Of a stretch of DNA of 64,000 nt, positions 32,701 to 46,300 are shown piece by piece; position 1 is the first letter of the stretch, and each line of letters starts with the position of its first letter. Origin of the DNA: Raillietiella orientalis (taxonomy: Eukaryota); NCBI GenBank assembly GCA_036172245.1, contig JAYWIR010000035.1:1302001-1366000 (forward strand). Reading direction: 5' to 3'. The notes beneath the pieces are model-generated. The model did not search any database, was not told the DNA's origin, and saw only the letters and a program-made list of their open reading frames with translations. Position numbers and translations under genes: made by a program.

Positions 32701-35699
32701 TGAGATAGTGAATTTTGTTCCATACGAACGACAGTTTCAATCGGCATGTGGTGACATCCTTTCCAACTCTTCCTTTCGTTACTGCTAAACGAACGGTCAA
32801 ACAAACAAATCGTGAACTTGTGTCTCTGAACGCATCTTCACCTTTCCATTTCTTTCCAGTCTTCCACTAGTCTGGTCTGGCGCCTCCTCATTCCAGACGA
32901 AAAGCATCGGGCATTTTCCTGGGGTGAATGGAGTACAAGAAGACAATTTTTTTTTTTTTTGTCTAATTTCATAATAACCCTTCCGTTCGTCCTGTAGCTG
33001 CAAGAGGCAGCTCGATTCCCATTTGCCAAGAATGAACTCAACGTTAAAGTCCTCCCTCATATGAGAAAATGAGAAATATTGTGAGAACGTGGAACTGAAT
33101 CTCCTTGTATTCCGAGCACGTGAACTCCTTCAGTTTTAACTGTCGTGCTAAAAGAGCCGATTGGTTCACTCGTGAGGTTCAAAATGTGCACGCGTTCGGA
33201 CTAAAGCTGCACACATTTCCTGTAGCATGCTGAAGATTGAATTGCCTTCACTTGAGCCTCTCATCTTCCTTCTGTAAAGAGATCAGACTCTGGGGAGTCC
33301 GAGCGAAGTAGCAGTAGCAGATTTCTCCTCTTCAAAGTGCTTAGGTTAAAATGACACAAACTGCTAGATTTAATTATCCTGCACAATAAATATCCTGTGC
33401 CAAAACTGAATCTCACTGGAGGGAATAGCGCCCCTCCCCAGCTGACATTTTGGAAACAACATTCTTCTGTATGCACAATCATGATGTATACATCTATGCG
33501 AGCTGCAGAAGTTAGTTGAGCACATGTCGCGCTACTGAATAATCCATTTTATTTTTATTTCCTGCTTTTGCTTTCCTTTTTTGATCCATGGCAAAGCATT
33601 CCTAATCTCGGAAGGACAAGTCCGATATTAGGATCACATCCTTGTAAACAGTTTTGCTTTTAGTGCTCTTATTGGTAACAGTTTTTTTTTTTTTCTTCAA
33701 ATTTTCCTTCCTTACTTTGCCAAATTCATAAAAGAGGCATCCTTACTATGACTCATGCTGCAAAAAGAGAAACAGCAAGGAGCCTGCACTATTACGCTTT
33801 GTGGTAGCATCTCTTGGATCAACTGGTGAGCACAGTGGTCCATTCCTGCTGGGGTATGATTCACATGCATTCCCAATCGAAACGTGCCATCAAAAAGTTG
33901 ATATGGAAAAATATGAGAATCACAAGTTATAAGTGTATTCACGAGCGTACAGTTCTCCAAAGACGATTATCTCGTAAGGCACAAATTTTTACTTCTAGTA
34001 AATTACGTTGCCATGGATCAAACACAAGCAGTCACAGTGATCAGAGCGTGGCGGTCCTTAGGAGAATCGTGAAGATTCGAACGGATTTAAAATGTTTCCG
34101 TTGTTTCGGATTTAAAAGGTTCTAGTTGTTTTGAAAATCCATTTTTTTTTTTTTTTACTAACAGCCATTTACTTGATTATGCTCATTGATATCCGATAAA
34201 AGAGCATTAGAAGCAGAACTGGAGTTCATCCAATCCAATCATCTATCGACTCCAATCGTTTCAGGGGAGCAAAGGTTGGAATTCCTTTGTGACGATCTGG
34301 TTCTCTTGGTAACAGAACTTTTGTCGATCAGATTCTCTGTTCTGTGCATTTGTAAGAGGTTTGACGATCGCGGACAGAGATTTGAAAATCTCGTCAAATC
34401 ACTTGCTAAATGCGTCTCAAAGAGCAATTCCTTTGGAGCAATCGATACAGGAAAGAAGGTGTGCGGTGTAACAAGAAACACATGATCTTCACCACACATA
34501 TTCCGGTGCTTCTGCGATAACCTCTGTGACGACCTGGCAAAGCAATTTGTGATTGCTTTGTGAACCCTCCTCAACTTCTGTCATTGCATCCTGGCTTACT
34601 ACTCAGTTCATAATCCCACATTGCTCGGTTGTCCAAGAAAAACAAATCAAGGCCTGAAGAGAAACCATCAGGGATCAATTATCCACTCACTGCTTTTAGA
34701 TTTCACTCTAAAAAACACGGAACTGAACAATGGGCACCTCTAATGCACGATCGGAAACCTCGTCTGCAGTCTGTGCATCTCCGATGCATCTTCCGAGGCA
34801 ACTCCCTCTTTGATGCATGTTGTTGTGTATCCTTCCTTCTTTCACGGATTGGATTCTGTTGCTGCTTCTGCTTTGAGATTCCGGATGCTGCTTTCATCTC
34901 TTTGCGTTACTGGAGGGTGCATTTCATTCGGTTCTCCAAACCAAAAATAATTTATGCTGACACAGAATCTGAGGAACGTCAAAGAGCACCATCTTAACAC
35001 AAAACGCTTCAGAGGCTTGGCAACCATGAAGGAATTCTATTTAACAGAAAATGTTTTGATCTCCCAAACATCTCAAGCATCCACAGGAAGAACGAGTAGC
35101 AAAAAATTCGTTAAGGCACGTGTCGCTCGAAGTCAGATGGAAAAGCACCCAAGGATGCTGCTAGCATCGGCTAGAATTTATTCACAATTGTTTCATTTAC
35201 ATTCGTCCTCTGCAACCAATCCGGCATCTTCGCCTTCTCCCCCTGTCGAGACTGCAGTTCATGAGGGTAGCTTTATCCCGGCCCGTGGCCAATCTCATAC
35301 TCCCGGTACGTGTCGCGGGAACGTTGCACGTTCGAGAGCACCATCTCCTTCTCCGGATATGCCCCGCCCTCCGCCCAGGGATCCTGAGCTCTCTCGCTGT
35401 GTCGTCGTTCGCCGGATCCCGCAAACCCGGAGAGGAACGATCGCTCAGCACCTGCGCAGGCTCCCCTTGGGCGGTGAAACGGGCGAGGCAGTCCTCGGCG
35501 TCTTGGCCTCTCTCTCTTCGCGCCGTCTTGTGCCTTCCAGAGACATGAATGATTGTTTACAGAGGCAAGCAGAGCCCAGTGTTATCGCCCTACTGTTGTC
35601 TCCTGATAATGGAACCTTCCTGCCGCCGGAAGGCTCTCCGAAAAATGTGAATGCATGTACACGACACGAGCGAGCCGTGGACTCCGACCGCAGGCCACG

Positions 35700-37900
35700 A
35701 ACTGGAGCACAAATCCAGACAAGAATCCTCGTGCGAAGGCCAAGCTGAGGGGATGAAAAGAGCATCGCGATCGACTGATTGTTCACTGGCTGACGGAGAC
35801 GTTTCTCTTCTCCAGCTTCCCTTATTGCTATTATTAAGCGTGCTCATCATGCACAAGAGAAAAGGAAACGCTGAGATGGGTCCCCGAACCATCACGTTGA
35901 CAGGACTGGCAGCTCGCTGTTGCGACGCAGAGCGCTGGGTCGTAAGCGATGGTTTCTTTTCTGTTCTCGAACCAAGGGAGGGTCTCTGCTTCCTTCCGTG
36001 GTAGAAGGCGACGTCTGCACGAGTCGCCAGAGCCTCTTTCAGGTTGCATTCACCATCTCTCCCGTGCTGTCCTCCAAGGAGCGGGTCTTTCCGTCGGCCG
36101 CTTCTTGGGGCTTTTGACGGTGGCCAGGCCTGCCTTCCCCGAAACCGCACAAACAGAATGAGGTGCCGTGCCTCATGGGAGCCCTTTTCTTGGCGTGGCC
36201 CTAGTGGAACCTACTTGCCTCCTTCACGAAGTCAAGAAAGGATGAACATCCCGAAAAGTCATATCTTGCCTAGGAGAATGACGTCCGACCCCTTTCACCA
36301 CCTGCTGCCTTGCTCCTTCACATGAACAGCTATAGATATATGCATTTTTTTTCTTCCCTTCTTGGAGGACGCCTCTTCCCTTTCTCCATCGAGGTGGATC
36401 ACACCGTCAAGTCGAGCTGGCTTCTCGCTATCTCATCTGGAGTCCTCCGGACTCTAGGACATCCCGGAGGACCTAACGTCTGGCTCTGTATGATTATACC
36501 TGACTGCTTCCGTGTTTCCAATATGTCCCGGATTCCTTTTCGAATTCTGGCTTTTCCGGTTCCCCGACCTACCATGCAGTATTCCTCCCCTCGAGCTTGG
36601 GGGAAAGCCCCAAGCCCTGGCTTCTTCTTCCATTCCGGGATTTCCTATGGGGCTCCATCAGGTCTCTGCGTCCGCCATTCCTGGCTGCTGGTGGTAAGCA
36701 GACCTCTGCCGAGCTGTCCTCGAAGCCAGCGCGTCATCATTTTGTTGCGAACGACCAGCCATTTGCATTTTTTTCCGAGAAGAAAACTTTGCATCATGGT
36801 CATTCCAAATGCCCTTGAGAACGAGGTGGGGCAGAATTCCTTGTTTCCATGCATCCGAGCCACCACAGTGCTTTAGAAGATTCGTGCTTTAGAGGTGCTC
36901 TTTTTTTGCAGAGCAGCCCAAATTCCACCCTCGATGATGATCTGGATGTCTTGAAACAACGCGGCTGAGCCGTGGCTGCAGTCTTTGCGGCATTCATGCA
37001 TTCTTAACTCCAAGGTCACTGCTGATGCATCTTTGTGCTTAAGAGAAGGTGATACCAAGCATCCTCGCAAAGGGAACGAGCTCGAGTTATGCACAGAAAG
37101 CACCAATGCGAAAAAGACATTCCGAAGGAGAGTGAAACTCGCACCAGCCTTCAAGGATGAGTGTTGGGGGGGGGGGGGGAGGATGGGTTTCCAAAACCCG
37201 GTCCCCAAATCAGCTTATCTTCCGCGCAAACAAGCCATTTATGCCATTCGCGAACAAGCGTTGCACTGTGGAAGGTGCGCTGGTTCCATTAAAAAGGGTA
37301 CCTGAAGGTCAGTGGTTTGAGAATCCGACTGGCGTGAAGGTCAGTTGGATTTGCAAATCGTCAGAGAAAAGATGGGAAGTCATCTTTTCCTGTGATGGAT
37401 TTCTCAAACGAATGTCGCTCCTAGGGCCCCCTACTCGGGTTCGAGTCTCCCCAGGTGCGGAACACTGGAACCGGCGAAACGGCTCCATGGGATCCGAACG
37501 CAACTCCCAGAGTGGAGCCTAAAATCCAGGATGCCAGTTACAAGAACCGCTTCGAACGAGGGTTGCCGGCGGCTCCCATTTGAAACCTGCTCTCGGGCGT
37601 GGACCGCCAAGACATGCAACCCACCCGGCCCTATTCCAAATGGCGCGAAAGTTCGGTGTCAACATACATTTCAACGGAAAAGAAGGAGACGTCTCAGACA
37701 GGTGGGTCTCTTGGGAAGGAAGATGTCTCGCACCCACGACGAATCTGCAACTGCCTGGGAAACCGGGCAAGGATTCAAAGAGTTCGCTTCTCAGCGGCGA
37801 ACCAGATCTCCCCGTCCCTTCAAGCAGAACTGCTATTCCCACTCTTAAATCCAGACGCAGATGCGAATACCAGAAAGAGATGCCGAATCCTTCGTTGAGA
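35700..37900 (-). mobile_element. Decayed L1/Tx1-like LINE (endonuclease-RT remnants); ends approximate
   Basis: In the expected order on the minus strand: GIAVLL (~GVAIL); KHKDASAVTLEL (~SDHSAVxLxL); GPISAFPFLLCM (~QGCPISPFLFLLCM). Confidence 0.4.
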
Positions 37901-39249
37901 TCCTAGGAGGCAGGAGCTCTGGAAGCCGAACATCCGTTCCCAAGCGTTCAAGAGCTGGGGGGACGACGTGCGCCTTGGACCTGGAGAAGGCCAGAGTTTT
38001 CAGAGCGCCAATGGCGCGCAAGGGATCCTTGAGAGGAGGATCCGCTCTTGGTGGCCAACTTTTTCTCCCTCCTGATGAACCACTGCACAGCGGTCGCTCG
38101 GTGGCTGCCGGGGGAGCACCTTCTGGTGACCTGGAGACGCCGAAGTCTTTCCCGATCGGTAGGAAACCTAAGGGTATGCGGAAGCGCCCGGTTTATCGTT
38201 ACAATCGGCCGCATGGGAATGCTGTGTGTTCCGACCCGATGCAAGAATGCACCGCTGCAAAGGAGACACCACTGCGCGTTGGCTATGCAACCACGGCGCT
38301 TCTAAAGCTGTCCTTGAGGGCGGAATTCCCCGTGGACATCTCGAAATACCGTGATCGATGCTTCCGCTCTTCCTCTGCCGCTATCCCGCCTAGGAGACGT
38401 CACTACGGCCCGAGTGAGAAGGGTCCCCAAGGAATGTGATGCTAAGTGTAGCGAAAAGTCTCCTTCCTGCCTACTCCCTCTTCCCTCTTTGCGGTTGCCA
38501 GGGGTACAGCCGTCACTGCCTCCTCCTACAGCGCCTTACTGCCGAGATGAAGAAACTGCGCCCAGGATATCGGCCTTTCCTGGCACATCACCGCTCCACT
38601 GGTGGCTCAGCGTAGTCGCGGACTCCTTCGGGAGCCTTCACAGAGGAGGTGAGCGGGGATGCTGCCTAGCGTTGGGTCCGGTGAGAAATACCCAGAGAGA
38701 CGGAGGGAGAGTATGGCCGCGTAAGTCCTCCCCGTACTCTCCAACCGATCCTTGCACGATAAGAGTGACGATCTCCCTTGCTGCTGGAGTCCGGCGAGAC
38801 CATCTTGCTGCAGCGCAGAGACGGTCAAAAGGAAAGGGTCTCACCTTCCGCGTCCGGCACAGAGCCTCTTGAGGCACGAACCGCTGCCCCCGTGCTGCAG
38901 ATGCACTAGGCTCGAGGTGGAAGACGACTGCTGCAGCTGCAGAAAGTCCATCTGAGACGAAGAAACCTCGCGAGGGGTCCTTGGGCTCCCCGGAAGGACA
39001 CCGTAGTCCGGCAGCTGATGCCTCCGATCCGCCCCTGACGCGTGTTGGGGGAGCTCGTTCTCACGTCCTTGGTCGCGGCTCCTGTCTCAAAGAATGACCC
39101 CGGCGCAAGGAAGAGCACTGTCGTCTATTGTCTGGCAAAAGTCGTTTCGTGGAGGCAACGGGAAAACCACCATTTCCTCTCGGTGGAAGCTTAACGGATG
39201 GTCGACTCGCGATCTGGCCGTCCGCGTGGGCGTGTCTTCGGAGTGACCT

Positions 39250-42000
39250 CGCTACCCTTCACTCGAGGGAGAACAAGGGCGATCACAGAGCACGAGGAGA
39301 GACAATGGCGGGAAATCTAACCGCCGGCGAGTGGCCATACCCCTCTTGCGAAGGCGCGCTGCGCCAGCTACTATGTAGCGCGGAGCGTCTCCGAAAGTGC
39401 GGAGTGGCGGCAGGGGAGTCTTTTCAGGTTTTCCCTTCTTTCCTCTCTGTCTCTCTCTTCCAAGGGCGCAATATCTTCACAGACCTCTGTTCCTCCCCCC
39501 CTCCTTTTCTTCCTTCCTTTTGCAGGGGTCTCCTTTCCTTTCTTTCGTCCATGGAGCCAAGCGGCCCAAATTTCCATGTTGGGGAAGAGGCCATTTCTCA
39601 GGGGACCCATATGTCGCAAGGATGTGGTGGCGATTAGGGAGACGGACCGAGAAGGGATGGGGGAAGGGGTAGGGGGACAGGGAGGCAGACGAGTCCCTCT
39701 TGCCGCAGCGCGGGATGGAGGACCTCAAAGACTCAGCCCTTCCTCCTTCCAGACGATTCCTTCGCACACTGCGCGATCAAGCGTACGTCCACCTCCATCC
39801 GGAATGACCTGACCCGGAGGAGCTACCACGCACCCCTCTTCGACGGCGGTGCGCTTCCCAGCTTAACCTCCTCCTCCTCGGACGTCGCGGCCCTCTTGCC
39901 TTCCAGGCGACTGGAGACGACCACCTTTCTTCTTTTCTTGGAGTCGTGCTCCATGAGGTCCAACAGCGGAACTCAGCGGCGCTGAGATGAAAGAGCCAAA
40001 TCCCTCTCCAGTGATTCCTGAGCGTCCACCTCGGTCGGGTTCTCAAGCAAACCCTCAGAGCATGCATTTCCGCTTTTTCGGCCAGATCCTCCGGGCTGCC
40101 TCCTCACATCCCGCCAACGGAACCGGGGCCGGCGATCGGCTCGTCTCCGTGGTAGCGAGGCCGAGGAGGCGCTCGCAACGAGGGGGAGGGAGCCGTTGGG
40201 AAGCATGCCCTTGGGCTGCAGTGCGGAACGAGAGAATTGGAAGGGGGAGGAGGCGATAGTTTTGTCCAGTCTTCATTTCCGATAGCCTGCAGGGGCGGAT
40301 GACCCCCTGGGAAAGAGAAGGGGAACAATGGAGGCGGAAGGAAACGATAGAACCGTAAGAGAGGGAAGTCAGAGGATGTCCCTCTGCAGTCGAGGGCCGC
40401 CATTCCCACCAGTCCTGACACCAGTCGGAAGTCTCCTGAGCGTCCTCCGAGAAAAAGGGAAGAAAGCGATCTCGTGCCTTGCCGGCCGCCTCAGGGCGTC
40501 CTCGAGGGGGTGGAGGAGGGAGAGCAGGAGGCGCTTCTTCCGGAAAGGGCAGATCTAGAGTCTCCGGCAACAGAGCCTTCCCGGTGGGCTTCCGAGCGAC
40601 ACTCGGCGGCGGCGGCAGGTCCGGTCCAGGCCTCTGGGCAGAGAGGATCTCCAGAGCTCTCCACCCGACCCCTCCCTCCCTCTCTACTCCGAGGCTGTGC
40701 TCTGCGAACGGGCCTTCTCTTCCTGGTGCTTCCCTTCGTCCTCTCCTTGGCGGCAAGCGGCTCTGGCCGCTACCCCTGGCCCTCGCAGAGGAATGAAAGA
40801 AGGAAGGGGAGAACTGCCTCTCCCTCTTCCTCGCAGGAGAGAACTGGACGGCCAGGGCGGGAATTCATGGATCACCCCCGGATGCATCTCCGGGACAACC
40901 GCGTCCTGACTAGACCGAAGAGATTGAAAAGGGCTCGGCTGACTTGCTCTTCCCGGAGGGATGAACGAATGGGGCAGCTCTCGGGATAGACTAGGATGTA
41001 GTCTCCGCGAGCTGCACCCCTGGGATATCGGAAGTCCCTTGTTCGAAGGGTTCACCCCATCCCAGCGGAGAAACAGGGAAAGAATAGGAGACAGAGGATT
41101 CCTCTCCTGCCTTGAACCCGCTCGCATCTCCGTCGACCAAGCGCGAGGGGTGTTCTCTCGGCTCACCCCGCGCCCCCCCTGGAGAGCGGGGAGGGTAGGC
41201 AGGAACCCTCCTGGTCGGTCCCTGCCTCCGCAACTCCCACGGTCCGCGACAGCGGTGCGAGAGGGCTCACACGCACGTCGTTCCTGGTACCGGCTCCCCT
41301 CCGGGATGGGTCTGCGAAGTAGACGGGCCGCTGTTGGGGGTCGGCAGGGAGAGTCGAAAACCCTGAGGGTCTTCTAAGCTCACTGTGTGGCGTGCGCGCA
41401 ATCAGAGATCGAGACAGGGGAGCACAAAGGGCGATCTCGGGTTCGCTTTATCTACCCGGGTAGTCGTGGAAACCGGGTCGCCTAACTCGGGATCGTGGAG
41501 GTTCCCACTGTCACAGGGCAGCGCACTATGCGTAGAGACCTGGCGGTCAAGGCAACCCTCGCCCTCGAGGCACCTCGCCGCTGCTCCCCTCCGCTGCAGG
41601 CAGGGCCGCAAAGAGAAAAGGATGCCCTCGGGTGCTTGAGGGCCCTCTCCTCCCTTCTTTCCGCTCTCCTCTCCGGAAGACGAGTCTCCAGAGAGGATTC
41701 TGGGGGCGTCCTGGGGCGCGCGCGAGACGGCGAGGAACAGCGCGCCCACCATCCTTTGGGAGAGGGGATGGAAAAGGGGGAGAAACTGCGCCTCCTGCCC
41801 TCAGTGAAGTCCCGTGCTCGCTTCTCCCGATCCGGCCGGCGATCCCTCTCCCAGATGACGAGGGAGGAGGGTCGGATCTCTAGCCGGATCCTACGCTCCC
41901 AGCGACCGGATGTTGCCTCCTCTGCCCCTGTCTTCCCTTCCCCATCCCTTTCCCTCCTCGAGTGAACAGGAAGGTGCCTGGAAGATGAGCCGCCGTTTCC
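39250..42000 (-). mobile_element. Possible second, GC-rich, decayed L1/Tx1-like LINE; ends approximate
   Basis: Weak motifs: ISQGCSSRRL (~RQGCPLSPLL) near 41.0 kb; PCRHSALSETLRA...VW (~CxxCxxxETLxHxxxC..VW) near 39.4 kb. Confidence 0.25.
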
Positions 42001-43297
42001 AGGAAGCAGCAACGGATGTGCCGGAAGCGCTCCAGAGGTCAATGTCTCCGTCGCCTGACCTTCTCCTCCTTCCCCATCCCTCTTCCCTCCCTAGATCAGC
42101 GCGCTTTCGGCCCGTGCAGGGGTGCTCGAGTACATCCCGAGGAAATTTCCGGTGTTCCAGTGGTCCTGGATGCTGCGTCCGCTCTTCATCCGGCGACCTC
42201 GGAGCTCGGCCGCGCGCGCCCGAGGTACCGTGAGACCGGGGTACGCGCCCGTGGGACGTGATGGAACGCGGGCGAGAGGGACGGCGGCGACGACGTCCGT
42301 GTGACCTTCGAACGTGCGCGCGCGCACCACGGGCACGCCCGCTGCTGGCGGCGTTTCCAGGTCAACGGCGAAACGTCCTCCTTCACTCCCCCCCCATTTG
42401 TCCCTTTGGGCGGGGAGAGGGGAAGAGGACGGGAGCAGTGCGCGGAGAAGAATCCTTCCCGGAGGGCTCATTGACTTTCACGGGGAACAGGAAGGCGAGG
42501 GCGCAGCGGCGGCGGCAGTGATGGGGGAGAGGGTCCGAAGTCGCTCCGCTCTCCTGTGCCCTCAGGGAAAAATTCGGGTCTCCCTCTCATTGTACGAGAA
42601 GCCCGGGGAGGCTGACACGGCTCCCGAGCTCCTTCCTTCCCCTCTTCCTCCGCCGTCCCTACGGACCCGAGCAGGAGCGAGCAGCAGAGGCAAGGTCGTC
42701 TCCCGCGACCTTGAACTCCGGCACACCGACGGAGGGCTTCCTCGCCCTACTCCGAGATCCCCTTCCGGTCCCTCGTGCGTGCTCCCGGGAGGGGAGGCGC
42801 ACCTCCAACCGCTCACTCCGAGCTCAGAGAGTCCCCTCCGCAGCTGCTGTAGATAATTCCAAGCGCCGCTTGCCCCTGGCGGGGAGGCTCAAGACCGTCT
42901 CCCCACCCTCCCCATGGGATCCTCTGGAAGAGAAAGGAAGGTGCATGCCTACCTCTTTGTCCCCTTCCTTTCCCCTTTCTTGCACCCGGAAGGGTGGAGG
43001 TCGTCGGATCCGGGAAGTAGCTTCTCCTCCTGCTGCAGCTGCCGGATCCCCCTTGGGGAGGAGGAGGAGGAGGGTGGAAAGTTGCTGTCAGCCAGCTACC
43101 TTTCCGCTCTCGCCCGGAGCGGCCGGGCATCCCCTCGCGTCGGAAGCGCTCGCGCTGCACGCGCGGGCGGACGGGAGGAGGGACGGACGGGGTGAGCACC
43201 TTCCGACCGCCATGGAGTCGACCTTCGCCGGACACCGGCAGGCGCTTCCGACGTCTGCGCGAGACGCCGGCGGAAGCCGCCCGGACCCGCTGCCCTC

Positions 43298-43323
43298 CGG
43301 CGGCGGCGGCGGCGGCGGCGGCT
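43298..43323. repeat. (GGC)n microsatellite
   Basis: Read directly from the sequence. Confidence 0.85.
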
Positions 43324-46300
43324 GCCGCCCAGGCGAATCCGCCCGCCGCCTCCTAGCGAGCAAGGTGGGCAGGCAGGGGGGAGAGCGGGGCGGGTGACCC
43401 GGAGGATACGTCTGGTACCGCAGCAGCCTCCCTCCCCTTGGGGCAAGCGGGAAGAAAACAAACTATCTCAGGTGGGCAGGAGCCTTCTCCGCATCCCGGA
43501 GGACCCTGCACCCGCGCGAGCGACCGCTCTTGAGGGATGTCTGTCCCTTCCCTTCCGAACAGCTCCCGCCACTTTGAAACTCTCTGACTACGGGGCGTGC
43601 TCCAGAAGCGGTGGCAGAGTTGTCTCTCCATCTTCCTTCTTGGACTCAGATTTTTCCTTGTTCTCATCCTCCTTCAACCGCTGAGCGCCCCGAGGCTCCG
43701 ATCCTCTGTCGCTCTCTCAGCAACAGCAACAAAAAAAATGCAGGTCTCCGCCGCTGTGCAGCGCTCTTAAAGGAAAACGGAGGTGGGGGGAAGGGGAGAG
43801 CGTGCGGAGACAAACCCCAACCTCGTCCACGCAGCCATATTTGAGCACATGGAGTGATCTGGGAGCAGGAGCTGCTGGCAGGAAGATGCGGAGCAGCCGT
43901 GAGCTTGGAAGCGGCTGCCCTTGAAGCGCTCTCCCGTGGTCTCGCGAGGGAGGGACGGCGCGGTCTCAGGGGAAGCGTCCGCCTCCAGGTAGAGGACAGC
44001 GGGACGGGAGGAGAAGGGAGGTGGGGTAAGCGCCAGGAATCTCTGGCTGCAGCGCGGAAGAGCTCGGCACACGAGACGACGCTGCTGCCGTGGGAAGCCG
44101 ACGACGACGGCGCGCTCCTCCCATCCTCCCCTTCCTTTGCAAGTCCTCTTCCCGAAAGCGTCCGGGACACTGCGCCTCTACCTCCGAGCGTCTCTGAATC
44201 CGTCTCTGACACCTTCCTCACCCCCTGCCCCGCGCCCATCGTGGTCCTCTATTCATTCCTCCTGCTCCTCCTTTCTCTTCCTTCTTCCTACACAGCTGCC
44301 GCACTTCGTGGCCACCAGCGGCCTCTCTCTGAAGAGCAAGAGAGCGGAGCTCTGGCACCCTCTCGTTGCCTCCGAAATTTCGGAGCGCGCAGCTGCCTTC
44401 AAAGACCCTCCTAGCCCTGCGAAGCTCGACCTCTGTTTTCCCGGAATCGGAGGCACTGGCGTTCCGCGCGACCAAGGAAGGAGCGGTTCTCGATGTGAGG
44501 AGGGAGGGGGGGATGCGGCCTTTCCGGAAGTCTCCGCTGCTGCCCTGGCGGGGCAGCTTTTCCCGGGGGGAAGGGGGTGGTGTCACCCGCCGCTTCCAGA
44601 CAAGGCGGAGAGCCCTGCCCTCGTTCTCCCGGCTGCTCCCTCGAAGACCGGAAGCCTACCGCCGCCGCTCGGAAGCAGACCGGAAGCGCCTCGAGAACCG
44701 CCGAGGGCGGCATCCGATCCCCAGCTCTTCCGTTCGCTCCGGAAGGAAGGCGGAAAAAGGGAGGAGGAACGGGAGGGCGTTGTCCCCCTCCGGCCGCGGG
44801 CGAAACGACCTGCAGGGTCTCCTTGCCCGGTGCAGGCGGCGAGTCGGGACAGCAGCCCTCTCAGAGTCCCTGCTGTCGCACAGACGAGGCATGGGGTGGG
44901 CTCCTACCGAGGGTTGGGCCGCCCCGAGAGCGGGGCGGACGCGAAGGGGGGAAGTGAACAGGGGCGTGGTGGGTGGGAACCAGGTGGAGGGGCGAACTCG
45001 CGCGCCCCAGCATCTCCCGCGACTCCTGGCGAATCCGAGGCCAGCAGCCTCCCCCAGCCCAAAGACGCTCACGAGGACGTCCCACGAGCCACCTTCCCCC
45101 CGATGCCACGTCCCCCTCCTGTCCTTCACCCCCCTTTCCCCCACCCCACCACCCTTCTTCCTTCTTCTTTCCGCGTGTGTTCTGCTTCGTTGTCGTTGCC
45201 GTTGTTGTTTGCTTTGTTTTGTCGATCGGTTCCTCGAAAGCACGACGGCGCACGAAACGTCCGGCCGGTTTGCCATGGCGACGGCGAGAGGCTCACAGGG
45301 AGTTCCCGTCCAGCGATTTCGAACCGTGTTCTCGGAAAGATCAAAAGCGCGTCCAGCCTCGCCAGCACTGTCCTCAGCAAGATGATGATAAGGAGCTGAG
45401 TCCCTCAAAGTGGGGGAGAAAATTGCAAATGAATTAAGGATCGGTCACGAAGCGCATGTGGCTGTTTTTATCTCCTTGGCAATTTATAGCCAATTACGGT
45501 CCAGAGTCCTCAGTTTCCTCGGCTCATAAGAAGCTTTCCTATTTTAATAGCACTCGCATCGTAGAAAAGGTCTGCTAATGCCACTTGAAGGAATAATGGC
45601 GTGAGAATCGAAGGAGATGCACAGTTCTCGAAGAAGCTTGCGTCTCCGAGACGGACCGTTACCTAGCAACACCCGAGGATCGCGACGCTTGAGAAAATCC
45701 TTGCCGTCGGCTCCCGACGCCGAGAGATGAGGGACCCGCCGATGCGGCCTCTCCCGACGAAAGGGAGAGGCCGTCGTTTCCGCGGGCCGCGGACGGTGTT
45801 CCACAACGAAGATCCGCTGGATCTCGCTGAGGCGGTCGTCAAGGAAGCGCGGACAGACGGAAGCGGGGAGAAGGGGGGTGCAGGACTTGCCTTGCACCCT
45901 TGACGGTCCTGGAAGCAACGGAACATCCGGATGCTAGCAGGGGCATCCCAACCGCCCCAGTGCGTGCGTGTATGAGCGGGGAGAGGCGCGCGTCTCACAG
46001 CTCGCCTCCTCCGCCCTGCTCGGCTAACGCTGCAGCTCCCCTAGCAGCTCGCCCGCTCGAGAGTGGCGCACCCCTTCTGTGCGCCGAAAGGCAGGAGTTC
46101 CCAGTCGGAACTCGGCGCCAGCACTGCACACGTTCGCCGCTACCGCTGCAAGAAACGCTCCCGGTGCAACGAGCCACCACGAGGCTGCTGCTGCTGCTTC
46201 TCGTCATGCCAAGCATCCAGCTGGTGCTGAGCCGGTCCTGCGAGCTAGCGGGGATGCCCGGGATCCTTCTCAAGAGCATTCCGTCGGGGATCCGCGCGCA

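Noticed and set aside
34239..34574. Glycosyltransferase-like peptide (TFFPVS)
   Set aside because: Similarity too weak; no DxD motif or exon chain.
44137..45399. Overlapping 420-aa and 339-aa ORFs
   Set aside because: Several frames are open at once in GC-rich low-complexity DNA; no recognisable domain.
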